A DNA stretch of 26,233 nucleotides, from positions 1-26,233 of the IMG/VR virus record IMGVR_UViG_3300043451_000056. One strand, written 5' to 3'. Both the position numbers and the translations under genes were made by a program. This DNA comes from a virus (lineage: Duplodnaviria > Caudoviricetes). Shown here in pieces: positions 15,318 through 25,300 of this stretch. Numbering within the stretch: position 1 is the first letter of the stretch; every line of letters starts with the position of its first letter. The notes below the pieces were generated by a model. That model searched no databases. It was not told where the DNA came from and saw only the letters and a list, made by a program, of their open reading frames with translations.

Positions 15318-15508
15318 TGAACGACACGCATAGCTTTAATAATATATGCGCAATTGTTGAAATTGTAGAATCTGTTAAAGAAGGGAAATTGCCTCCTGAC
15401 TTTAACAGAAGCTCTGATACGATAGAGATTTACTTACACAAAAAGTACATTGTATTAATCAAATCGGATATGGACGACATATCTTGGGAAGAACATTTAG
15501 GAATATGA
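15317..15508 (+). CDS. hypothetical protein
   Basis: TAATG coupling. Confidence 0.65.
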   Translation: MNDTHSFNNICAIVEIVESVKEGKLPPDFNRSSDTIEIYLHKKYIVLIKSDMDDISWEEHLGI

Positions 15509-15615
15509 AAAAATTAACGTACAACGAATGGATAGCACACTTGCTTAACCAGCTAGCTATCGAAAAGAAAAAGGAAATTGAGAGAGCTAAAGTTTCTCTT
15601 AAACAATACGCATAA
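15505..15615 (+). CDS. 36-aa hypothetical protein (not in the ORF track)
   Basis: MKKLTYNEWIAHLLNQLAIEKKKEIERAKVSLKQYA; ATGA overlap; ends 1 nt before the next ATG. Confidence 0.6.
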   Translation: MKKLTYNEWIAHLLNQLAIEKKKEIERAKVSLKQYA

Positions 15616-15616
15616 T

Positions 15617-15844
15617 ATGAAAAAGGACTTAATAAAATCTATGAGATTAGAGCTTGGGATGACACAAGCTGAATTTGCAAGACTTGCTGGGATAAATTCT
15701 TTCCAGCAAGTTTCTGGTTTGGAATCTGGAAGAAGAAAAGTTGGATTCGGACTATTAAATAAGATTGTCTCCAATTTGGCGGCAAATGGATACCTAGTGT
15801 CCCTTGACATTATTGTAAGTGTAAATAATAAACGATTCAAATAA
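15617..15844 (+). CDS. XRE/Cro-family HTH regulator
   Basis: IKSMRLELGMTQAEFARLAG..VSGLESGRR; start moved to 15617. Confidence 0.85.
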   Translation: MKKDLIKSMRLELGMTQAEFARLAGINSFQQVSGLESGRRKVGFGLLNKIVSNLAANGYLVSLDIIVSVNNKRFK

Positions 15845-16065
15845 TGGAACTTCCTATAAATAAAGTATTCTACTACAATGAAGATGTAATGGAAATGACT
15901 GGCTTCACAAAGCGCCAACTTATGTCCGCACGAAGATTAGGATACTTGAGATGTATGCCTACTAGGCCAAGGAGATACACAAAGAATATGATTATAGAGT
16001 TTCTTGAAAACATTGAAGAGGACCCTACAATTATGATGGATAAGAATCTTAATCCAAAGAAGTAA
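15844..16065 (+). CDS. excisionase/MerR-like winged-HTH protein
   Basis: YYNEDVMEMTGFTKRQL..R.G.L..RRY pattern. Confidence 0.6.
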   Translation: MELPINKVFYYNEDVMEMTGFTKRQLMSARRLGYLRCMPTRPRRYTKNMIIEFLENIEEDPTIMMDKNLNPKK

Positions 16066-16253
16066 TGAATCAATTAAAGCCAGATGAAAGATTGGCTTAT
16101 ATCCATAAGCTGATTGAAGATTCTGGATGCAATGCAGTTATATTATACTTCATAGAAGAACTAGCCACAAATGTTAAGTTTAAGCATTTTGATGACAAAT
16201 GCTATTGGCTCGAAGTAAAAGAGCAACTTAATAAAACCAAAAGAAATGATTGA
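16065..16253 (+). CDS. hypothetical protein
   Basis: TAATG coupling. Confidence 0.65.
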   Translation: MNQLKPDERLAYIHKLIEDSGCNAVILYFIEELATNVKFKHFDDKCYWLEVKEQLNKTKRND

Positions 16254-16701
16254 GTTTTACACCGTAGAGGACGTTATTGACATAGAGTGGCACGGTATAG
16301 ACTTGTCTCTGAATAAGTGGTATGCAAACAGACATTGGAGTTTCAGGAATAAAGAAAAAGAGTTCTGGGCTACAACGTTTATTAGACTACTTCCTAAGAG
16401 GACAAGGCAGATTGATAAGTATATGATTACCCTTAAATTCAATTCTAGGTTAGATGCAAGTAATACGGTTCCAATGATTAAGATATTAGAGGACACTATG
16501 AAGAAAGAGCATTATATCGTAGACGACTCCAGAAAGTATTGCAAGGGAATTATGATTTATCCAGATGACGAGCTTGGTAAAAAGCACTATAAGTTAACCA
16601 TACACATCTTATCTTATGTTAAAAAAGTTAAAACTAATTCCACCGACGACGTACCAAGCAAAGCTATGCGACCTGTTCGCCGCAGAAATGGGTCAAAATG
16701 A
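16246..16701 (+). CDS. RusA-like Holliday junction resolvase
   Basis: SLN, RLDASN, K-x3-D and IVDDS catalytic-type motifs. Confidence 0.75.
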   Translation: MIEFYTVEDVIDIEWHGIDLSLNKWYANRHWSFRNKEKEFWATTFIRLLPKRTRQIDKYMITLKFNSRLDASNTVPMIKILEDTMKKEHYIVDDSRKYCKGIMIYPDDELGKKHYKLTIHILSYVKKVKTNSTDDVPSKAMRPVRRRNGSK

Positions 16702-17158
16702 GAGTAAATTCTACCGCCAGAAAAGCGAAGGAAATGCTGATAAGCTAGCTATATGGGCTTGGGGTGGTAAAATGGCAGAGATAGCTGTCTACAATACTCT
16801 AGTAGCCTCTAAGAGATACAAGAAAATATCGCAGCCAGAGTTACTTATGCACGAGGTGTGGATGAAATCACACGATGCGGATATTGTTGCAGATGGGAAG
16901 AAGATTCACATCAAGTCTTTTATTAAATACGCACAGCTTGACCCGACTTGGCTGTTTGCGTTATCAGATAAAGTGACAACAGAACCAGACGAAGATGATA
17001 TACTCGCCTTGGTCATTTATGATAAAGATAAGAACTTTGAAGCATACTTCATCCCAGCAAAAAATGTTACCGAAATGTACAAGCCGCCAATGTCTGATAA
17101 AATGAAAGCGCTTGCACTATACGAAATTGACTTACTGAAAAACTATGATATTAGATAA
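16616..17158 (+). CDS. putative restriction-endonuclease-fold nuclease
   Basis: GKMAE..ADI..IHIKS resembles PD-(D/E)XK with His at the acidic position. Confidence 0.5.
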   Translation: MLKKLKLIPPTTYQAKLCDLFAAEMGQNESKFYRQKSEGNADKLAIWAWGGKMAEIAVYNTLVASKRYKKISQPELLMHEVWMKSHDADIVADGKKIHIKSFIKYAQLDPTWLFALSDKVTTEPDEDDILALVIYDKDKNFEAYFIPAKNVTEMYKPPMSDKMKALALYEIDLLKNYDIR

Positions 17159-17489
17159 AAGTACACGATATAGGTTGCATATAACCATAAATACGATACC
17201 TGAAGATGAAAAGCCAGAGCTAGGAACTATACTGGAAATAAACGATTGTTTAGCAACAGTAATTTTAGCTAAAAAGAAATGGCTTGTACTTGAGATTCTA
17301 GTAAGAAACAAGGTTGACTATATTGATAGTCTTGCAAGAATGAAAGAGGGAGAATGGATATTTGCTAAAGAATGGTTCCCTAGTGGAAGGACTAATAATT
17401 CTGGTATAGAAAGCTTAAAATTCGAAGTGTATCAAGGTAGACTTGAGCATATTATTAAATGGGAAGATTCTATTTCTTCCCACCCCTAG
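17145..17489 (+). CDS. hypothetical protein, last + strand gene
   Basis: 114 aa; overlaps the convergent gene by 20 nt. Confidence 0.65.
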   Translation: MILDKSTRYRLHITINTIPEDEKPELGTILEINDCLATVILAKKKWLVLEILVRNKVDYIDSLARMKEGEWIFAKEWFPSGRTNNSGIESLKFEVYQGRLEHIIKWEDSISSHP

Positions 17490-17745
17490 CTCTTCTGTCG
17501 CCAGCAGAATCTGATTTAGAGCCTCTGTTTACGGAGGCTTTTTTCATTACAATGCCTCTGCTTGTGTGGCTTGCGTCCTTGCCATCTCCATTGCCGTATG
17601 TTCCGCGCTCACGGTTAACTTTAACCAATTCGGCGCGTTTTGCGCGTTGTTCTGGCTTCTGATTAAACTTCTTGTCGTACGCCGCTTTCTTAGCTCTAGC
17701 TTCTGGATTAGAAGCATAGTATTTAGCTGATGCTGATTTTGCCAT
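17470..17745 (-). CDS. small basic protein with an HNH-like GDGKDxSH..SxNR motif
   Basis: K/R/A-rich; GNGDGKDASH and ASVNRG. Confidence 0.75.
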   Translation of the reverse strand: MAKSASAKYYASNPEARAKKAAYDKKFNQKPEQRAKRAELVKVNRERGTYGNGDGKDASHTSRGIVMKKASVNRGSKSDSAGDRRARGGKK

Positions 17746-17750
17746 TGTGT

Positions 17751-18215
17751 TTATTTATGTTTTTCTGCTACTAATTTACACATTTTAATGAAGTATTTCT
17801 GGTCATAAACGTACTTCATATAATTTAAGTCTTTATGAATCAGCTGTATGTTTCGACGAACATACCCTTTTTCATTTTTTATTCTATCAATAGATACGGT
17901 CCCGTTGTCGCTACCTGTGTCAAAATCAAGAGGAAGACCTGACAATGCACAGACCTTCCCCTGTTTAACATATATCCTCCAAACGTACTCTATTGTAATA
18001 TCCCACTCTTTACCTCGCTCTGCGGCGCGTCTTTTCTTAGCGTCAAACCAACCTATAGATATTTCTTGATACTTCTTTTTGCTTACAGCCGCTTTATATG
18101 CACAAGTCTTGCAGTTCGTTTTATTTTTAGTCGCCCTGTTAAACTCATACTTAGATGCGTATGTAGTCGCCTTTCCGCATATTTGGCAATATCTTATGTA
18201 GGCGGGTTGTTGCAT
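17751..18215 (-). CDS. His-Me finger (HNH-type) endonuclease with N-terminal zinc finger
   Basis: CQIC/CKTC, CALSG, SIDRI..KGY..NIQL..N-x-MK. Confidence 0.8.
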   Translation of the reverse strand: MQQPAYIRYCQICGKATTYASKYEFNRATKNKTNCKTCAYKAAVSKKKYQEISIGWFDAKKRRAAERGKEWDITIEYVWRIYVKQGKVCALSGLPLDFDTGSDNGTVSIDRIKNEKGYVRRNIQLIHKDLNYMKYVYDQKYFIKMCKLVAEKHK

Positions 18216-18530
18216 CTAAGACCCTTTAACCCATTTTTTAGATGAAGAAGCGGTCTTACTTGGACTCCACTTTACGCGATTAGACCAATAGGCTGCGGAC
18301 ATCTTGCCCTTTGCGATATTTTTTGCGTGGCGCGACTTAAACGCCTCACGTTGACCAACGGTTTGGTTAGTCTTAACGCCAGCCTGACCAAAGCGGATTA
18401 GCTTAACCTTATCCCCTTCTTTAGCCAGAACAACGTGTGACTTACCATTATGCGTCTCTCGCTTAGGCTTATTTACGCCAGATAAATTGTATCTATCTAG
18501 TTTTGCTTGAATAGAATCTCTTAGTGACAT
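18216..18530 (-). CDS. conserved small basic phage protein
   Basis: NKPKR..KSHVVLAK..KLIRFGQ..FKSRH..SAAYW motif string. Confidence 0.8.
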   Translation of the reverse strand: MSLRDSIQAKLDRYNLSGVNKPKRETHNGKSHVVLAKEGDKVKLIRFGQAGVKTNQTVGQREAFKSRHAKNIAKGKMSAAYWSNRVKWSPSKTASSSKKWVKGS

Positions 18531-18531
18531 A

Positions 18532-18678
18532 CTATTTCTTTTTAGCTGTTTTAGCGGCTTGCTTAAATTGCTTTGCGGTAGGAGCGCCTTTGCTTCCCAC
18601 TGCTCTCATTTTTTCTCCAGAACCAGCTTCAATTCGTTTCCGCTTAGCGTGAATCGCATCATATAACCCATTTTTCAT
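18532..18678 (-). CDS. 48-aa basic phage protein (not in the ORF track)
   Basis: MKNGLYDAIHAKRKRIEAGSGEKMRAVGSKGAPTAKQFKQAAKTAKKK; fills the gap with 1-nt spacers. Confidence 0.85.
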   Translation of the reverse strand: MKNGLYDAIHAKRKRIEAGSGEKMRAVGSKGAPTAKQFKQAAKTAKKK

Positions 18679-18679
18679 A

Positions 18680-19147
18680 TTATTTGAAAGTTAAACGATA
18701 TAAAGTTTGCTCTACTAACCCGTTAATCTCATCCAAAATATTTGATAAAGCAGTATTCCCAATAACCATCATTCTAGCATTACCAGAAATGAATTGCTTA
18801 AATGAAGTTAAGAAAGCAATAGGTGCATCCATAGTGTATGGCTTAACCTCCAACTCGCATCCTAACATAATACGTCCATAGCAACCTTGATATGATTCAA
18901 TGAATTTATCCATTAATCCGTTAAACTCATCATAGAAATCTCCCATTGCTTCGTGTTCTGCAAAAGAACTTGTTTGCCAATGGAATACTTTAGCTTGTGC
19001 GGATGCCTCTAGCATTTCACATAATAACTCTTCTTGAGGAGATTCGTTTGACTCATTTTCGCCAGCAGGTTGCGAATAATCATTCATCAAAGTTCCGAAA
19101 GCTTGAGATGCTCTTGCGGCTTTCTGCAATTCTATAATACTTGCCAT
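18680..19147 (-). CDS. ferritin/Dps-like four-helix protein
   Basis: FHWQT..EHEA..FYD..DKFIE resembles the Dps ferroxidase signature. Confidence 0.8.
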   Translation of the reverse strand: MASIIELQKAARASQAFGTLMNDYSQPAGENESNESPQEELLCEMLEASAQAKVFHWQTSSFAEHEAMGDFYDEFNGLMDKFIESYQGCYGRIMLGCELEVKPYTMDAPIAFLTSFKQFISGNARMMVIGNTALSNILDEINGLVEQTLYRLTFK

Positions 19148-19164
19148 ATCAATATATGTTTTAG

Positions 19165-19172
19165 TAAAGTTA
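19165..19172 (-). promoter_or_regulatory. possible -7 promoter element for the ferritin-like/basic gene cluster
   Basis: TAACTTTA on the - strand, one mismatch from TAnnTTTG, 17 nt upstream of the ATG. Confidence 0.4.
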
Positions 19173-19175
19173 CGA

Positions 19176-19316
19176 TTATTTTTTCTTTTTCAGGTGCTTA
19201 AACATTTGAACTTCTTTTTCACGTTTAATAGCACCTGCTTTGGTGGGAGAAACACCTAGGTTCCTCCCTGTTGTCTTGGATACTACTTTGTATCCCTCTT
19301 TTACTTTCTTTATCAT
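19176..19316 (-). CDS. 46-aa basic phage protein (not in the ORF track)
   Basis: MIKKVKEGYKVVSKTTGRNLGVSPTKAGAIKREKEVQMFKHLKKKK; ATGA overlap with the giant gene. Confidence 0.85.
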   Translation of the reverse strand: MIKKVKEGYKVVSKTTGRNLGVSPTKAGAIKREKEVQMFKHLKKKK

Positions 19317-22300
19317 CGCTTCTTGGGCTGTTTAAGTTTTAAAAATCTTTGATACGGTTCAGCAATCTCTTCTTTGATGCGTTCCACATCTTTCTTTTTC
19401 TCGCTGTACATTCTGCTCCATTCGCTAGTAATGTCATCAATTTGAGATTGCTTCTGCGAAGGAGTCAATTCAGTATTAGCATTAATTACCATTATCTTTT
19501 CTTGAGCCTTCTTCCTTGCAGAATTTAATATACTCTGAGCAGATTCACTTTCCTTTATCATTCGATTAAGATGCTTAGCATATTTGTCGCGAAGAATTTC
19601 ACTATCAATATCTTCATTCTTAATGACTAAATTCAAGGCTGCATCAAATGGCTCACGTTTTCTGTCGTAAGCATCCAGTTTGCCTTGGTAAGCCGCATAT
19701 TGGTCGGCAACCCATCCATAGTAAGGGCTACCTAAAGAGCGACTTGCGTAAGATATCTGATTCATCAACTGACCTGTCTTACTTATAGTTTGCGGATTAA
19801 ATCTGCTAGCGCTTGGGTCTGCGATAGAGTTTCCTCTGTAATCGTAGTCGAAGATAAGCTGAGCCGCAACTCCCAAGAATGGGTCTGCAAGGGCAGGAAC
19901 ATAACCTGTGTGAAGCAGGCCAGTACCTTTCCCAACCTGTAGCTTTTGAATCTGATAAGGGGCATATTGAGATAAATCAACTAAATTATCCCCATAGTAA
20001 CCTTGGTCATAGATATAGTATGGAGACAAATATCTCGACACATTATATTCTTTGTTGCCGATTTTCCAGTTCATAGGAAGCGCAAATGGCCCCGCACCCC
20101 ACTTAGTTGTAAATGGCCTTTCTTCGCGCGCTTCTTTTTCCTCATCGTCCTCCCCTGACATATCAGAAAGCAACTCTTTGATTCCATATAACATACCAAT
20201 ATACGCCATTGTAAATAATGGACGCTTCGATATTCCGTTGTACAAGATACGAGTAGCATCTGCCTTGAATCGGATAAACGCGTTACCTACAACTGGCGTC
20301 ATTGAGCCTAATATATGAAACTTACCTACAGTATTGTAGTTCTGCATACTCTCTGCTACAATCTGGATAGCCTCCTCTTTTGTCTTGCCTCTATCTTGAA
20401 CTAAAGACATATACATTGCAAGCTTTGCAACATCATCGGCCTTTCCGTATGTTTGCTTAATTGTATTATCAAGGTCATTAGCTTTTGCTAAAGCAGATTC
20501 TGGAATTTTAAGAGCTTTAAGAATCTTATATGTGGTTCCATTCTCGTCTAAGCCCTGAAGTATCTGATTGATACCGCTAGTGCCAATTAACCCAGCTTTA
20601 GTCAAGTCTTGAGCAAACTCTCCATAGTTGTCTAATTGCTCTTTAGCTGAGATTCTTTTTGTTAACAAGCTGAATGGGTCAACGCCACCTTGGAAAGCAA
20701 ATGCAAACGAAGATACAATATTAGCTATACGAGCAAGTGGATTGTAAACAGTCTTACTCTTTTTAAGCAATTGCCTTAACGCCATTTTATCATACTTCTT
20801 AAGTATATTAAATAACGTAGACATAGCCTCGCTGGCAAATTGTGTTCCGTAAATCTGCTCATAAATAGCCATTGGCACATACTTGTTAGTAAGCTGGCCA
20901 AAGCGCATTTTATTGCCAAATCCATCTAGTTTTCTGTAGTATTGCTGTAAGTTTGCTGGGATAGCATCCAACGTATCGTACATTGCATACTCGTTGCTAT
21001 TAGCAATATCGTCACAGAACTCTACAATCGCTTGATTATGAGTCATTTGTGCCAAACGCTTACAAGTAATGTAGATAGGGTCTTCCATCAAGTTCAACTG
21101 AACCATTTCGAAGTCTTTTCTTTGCTTAAACATAGATAAATCTGTGCCAGCAATCATACTATCCATAGCATCATTGATGTCCTTGAATTTCTTCATTTCA
21201 ATCTCTGAATATGCACGAGCAAAATATTTGCCTTTATTCTTGTCGTAAGTCTCCTTGTCTAAGAAACCATTCTTGTAGTGCCATTCGTGAATGTAGTCAT
21301 TCATTGTACGAAGTGCATTAAATAGACGTAATTCGCTAACAGATAACTCTAACGGATTGCTAGGCAAGTTGGTGCGGTCCACATCTTCGAACGCTTCTGG
21401 GTCTAATAACGAGTGAACGCGTCTTAATGCCTCTGCGTCAAAGCCAATCATACCATTTAGTGACTTAGATAGTCTGTAGATTAGATTATGCGCATTAGCT
21501 TTATATCCGTTGTATTCGCGAGATTGCTTTTGAAGGCTATCTGTTACAGATAAATTCTTAACCAATCCAGTAGCTACATTTGATGCGATGTTGGCAAATC
21601 TATTATTAGACTCGAGTCCTTTAAGAGTTAACTCTCTAGCCTTAGCCTCTGACATACCGAACATCTTGTTCCACACATAATTAAATGAAAGCTTCTTTGT
21701 AATCGGATTACCGTTGTCGTCAACTCCTGTTGTCACATTGATGAAGCCTGCGTCGCCAACCCATTCGATAGCATCAATTCCCGCTCCAAAAGCTCTTGCT
21801 AAAGAACGAGTCATAATGTTATCAGAGATAGCCCCTTCAAGAGTTCTTGATGCCTTGCTTAACTTGTTAGCAAAGCCCTTTTGATTAGCAGCGTCGTTTA
21901 GCTTAAACTTGCTTTCAAAGTGAGCTAACATCTCTTGTGGGTTGCCATAAAGCTCAACCATCTTGTATTCAGCAGCATCGTCTACTAAAGCTAAGTCTGC
22001 ACCTTCGCTCTGGAAGCGCATTGTATTGCGATTCATAATCTTAAGTCTATCTGCATCAAATACAATGTAGTTATACTTTTGATTAGACTGAACTATTGGT
22101 CGACCAGTTTGCATATTGATGAAATATCCAACAGGAACTCTGTTACCATCAATACCCATTCCTAACAATAATTCTGATGCAAGCTTTTGATTTCCAAGCG
22201 AAGATTGAAGTCTTCCGTAGAACTCGCCTCCTGTATGAGCCATAAGTTCTTTAGCCGTAACTTCCTCTCCAAGAATCTTAACAAGCTGGAAGCCCTTCAT

Positions 22301-25300
22301 TACAGTTTGCAATTCGGCTTCTTTACCTTTTAACGCTTTACCATTCTTGTCTACAAGAGACTTTAACTGATTATGGAATGGCTTAATTAGTTTCTTAGCT
22401 CCAGAGATTATCTGAACAGCAGCAGCTGCACTAACATTGTCGTGCCAATCAAGCCACAATGATGTCATATTATTAGGACGATACATAACCGTATAAACGT
22501 TTCTGTACCCGTAAGCAGCCACTAATTTCTCACGCTGAGATTTAGTAATGTCGATGCCTAAGAAGCCCTTGTTCTCATCAAGATATTTAGTCCAATCTTT
22601 AATTGAAATATTGCCCTGTAGCTTAGCATACGCCTCATTCTGCAACTTCTTAGGTAAGAAGCTTAATAAGCCCATAACCTTAAGTTTGTTGCCTTGATTA
22701 GACTTTGCGTAATTAGTAGCAATATCTTTGTCTTCAGACAAGTACATACCATATCCGTACATTTGAGCGCCTTCGCCTTTACCTAAATGGTCTAAGCTGA
22801 ATTTATCAAACATCCATCCACTTCCGTGATACAAGTCAATCGGGCCGTACTTCTGTTGGTAACGAACTGTAACGGCGCCATCTTCTGCCATATTATCTTG
22901 CGCTTCGTTTGAAGCTGCGATAATATCAGATGTTAAACCAAGTGCGCGAGGCTCAACTTCTAATCCAGAAGATTGGTAAAGGATAGTCCTGTTTCCTTCT
23001 TCTTTGGCTTTGATAGTTTTGAATAGTGTATCAAACAAAGCTTCAAATTGGCCTAGCTCCTCTCCTTTTAAGTATTCATAGTCAGCGTCTGTCTCTTTTG
23101 TTGTATCCCACAGTTTTGCTAAAAAGTCATTTCTCTTGCCTTGTAAATCTGCCTTGTATATTAACAATCTCTCGAAAGCTCTAGCGGAAAGCTCAATTGG
23201 CTTACTTTTATAATATCCACTACCAGAATCAAGCTTTCTTGCTCTTTTTTCGTAATCCGAGCCTTCTATAGCTTCAAGTATAGACTTGAATGCGTCTAAC
23301 ATTTCTGGACGCAAATCTGGTTTGCTAGTTTTATTTTTAAACTCGCCGCTTGTTAGCATCTGGTATGAACCAAAGCCCATTTCGCCAAAATAATTGTCAA
23401 GTGCGTGCCACCATTCGTGCGCTAGAGAGCCGATATTAGCTCTACTTAATTTTATAGTATATTCATTTCTTCTAAATGCACCGCCTTTACTTGTTTCATC
23501 TCTAGCAATACCATATTTAATTCCAATCTTCCCCCCTAATCCAAGAGCTTTTGCTGGCACATTTAATGCCTCTGCCATATCCATAAGAGCGTCATAGGTG
23601 TCATTAAGTACACTTTGCTTCTCATCCTTAGACATACCAGAAATGAAGTCAACGCCCCTTAGTCCAAACTTTTCAAAAACATCTTGAGACGAAACGTCTT
23701 TTCCGCCTCTCCAGTCGGTACCGACTCTATTAGACTTGCCTGACTCAATGTGGCTATCTACTTCCGATTTTGTATATTTATTTCCCTCAAATAAATCTTT
23801 TATTTTTGTTAGATTTTTTGAAATAAATTTATCAGCATCCGTTTTTGAGTTGAACATAAAAGGTAAGATTCCATCAATCTTCTCCATCACTTCGAAGAAT
23901 CTTCCGTTAATAAATTTGCCTATCCTATACAAGCTCGCTCCGCTTGGTTTAAATGCTACAAATCCATCGGAGTTTTTAACACCCTTAGATAGCGACAACA
24001 AGTCGACTAGCTCATTTATTGCATCCTGCTCTGATTCAAATCGGCCATTATTTTTTATCCCCCAGTCTGTAGAACCAGCAGTAGTGGTAATGTAAATCTT
24101 ATCCGCGCCTCCAGACCAAGGTCGGGATATTGTTATAGCATACTTTGACCTTGCATTTAATAATTCAGTTTTACCTATAAGACGAAGCGTTTCGATTGCG
24201 TTGTAATACAGCTTGAATCCAAATTTTTGCGATTCAGGTAAGCTAGATAACAACTGGTCAACAGAGGCATCTCCTCCCTCAATCACTAATTTTATATACT
24301 TTCTAGTTTTAACTATATTGACGCTATCGGATAGAAATCTATTTGAGCTAGGTAAAAAACTTAACAAGTATTTAATTGCAGCTACTTGTCGTAGCGTTAA
24401 TTTTCCATCATTAAGTAAGCTAACGAAATCTAAATTTGGAGCAGCCTGAGCAACAGTAAGCCCCTCAATGTCTTCTGTCTCAACCTCTAAGTCATAAGAC
24501 AAAACTTTTCCTTTATTTCTACTTGTTCCAGAGCTTTTTTTACGCCCAACCTCAACAGTTCCAACTTTTGCTGTTTTGCCTTTTTTAGCTTTAGCTTTTG
24601 TCACAGGCTCTGGCTCAACCTCTGTTCCACCCAAATACTCTTCAGCCTCTTGCTCACTCATACCCTCGATAGCAGCCTCCTCCTCTGGAGTTACCTCTAA
24701 TTCTGCAGCTATTTCTGGATTCTCTTCTGGGTTCTCTACAATATCAATAGCCTCTTCTGCCGCAGCTTGCATCTCTCCAACAGCTGGGTCTTCGCCAGCA
24801 GCTTCTTGAAATTCTTCTACGGTTAATCCAGCCTCTTCTGCAACAAATTCTTCAAACTCCTGTTGAGTCTGCTGCTCTTGCTCTGCTGTTAATCCAGTTT
24901 CTGCTTCAGGAGATACTTCTGTAGTAGTTTCTGCCTCCGCCTCTAAAGAAATGCCATTGTTATCCAATACAGATTGAGCCATAGCTTTTCTGTCAGAGAA
25001 CTCCAATAGCATATCTTTCAATGCAGACTCAATATCTCCTGTCACTAATTTATACTTCTTACCAACTTCTGATTCGGCGATAGCTTTAGCAATCTCTGGG
25101 ATAGTCAATGCACCGTTTTCCCTTGAGTCTGTGAGCTTAAATCTAGCTCGCATAGCCTTAGTATCATCTGTGTATCCAAACGCTCCTTTAGTGGTAAATA
25201 ACGTAACCAAAGAGCCTGCTTCTGGAGTAACTGTACGCTTAGAAATGTCTTTCGTTCTGCCGCGAACAATAGAGCCACCTTTAATGAAATACTGCTTAAC

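Noticed and set aside
15617-16065. HTH pair as a lysogeny switch
   Set aside because: The genes are co-oriented mid-operon, with no divergent repressor, integrase or att site in the window.
792-16496. Short - strand ORFs within the + strand operons
   Set aside because: They lie almost entirely antisense to better supported, translationally coupled genes.
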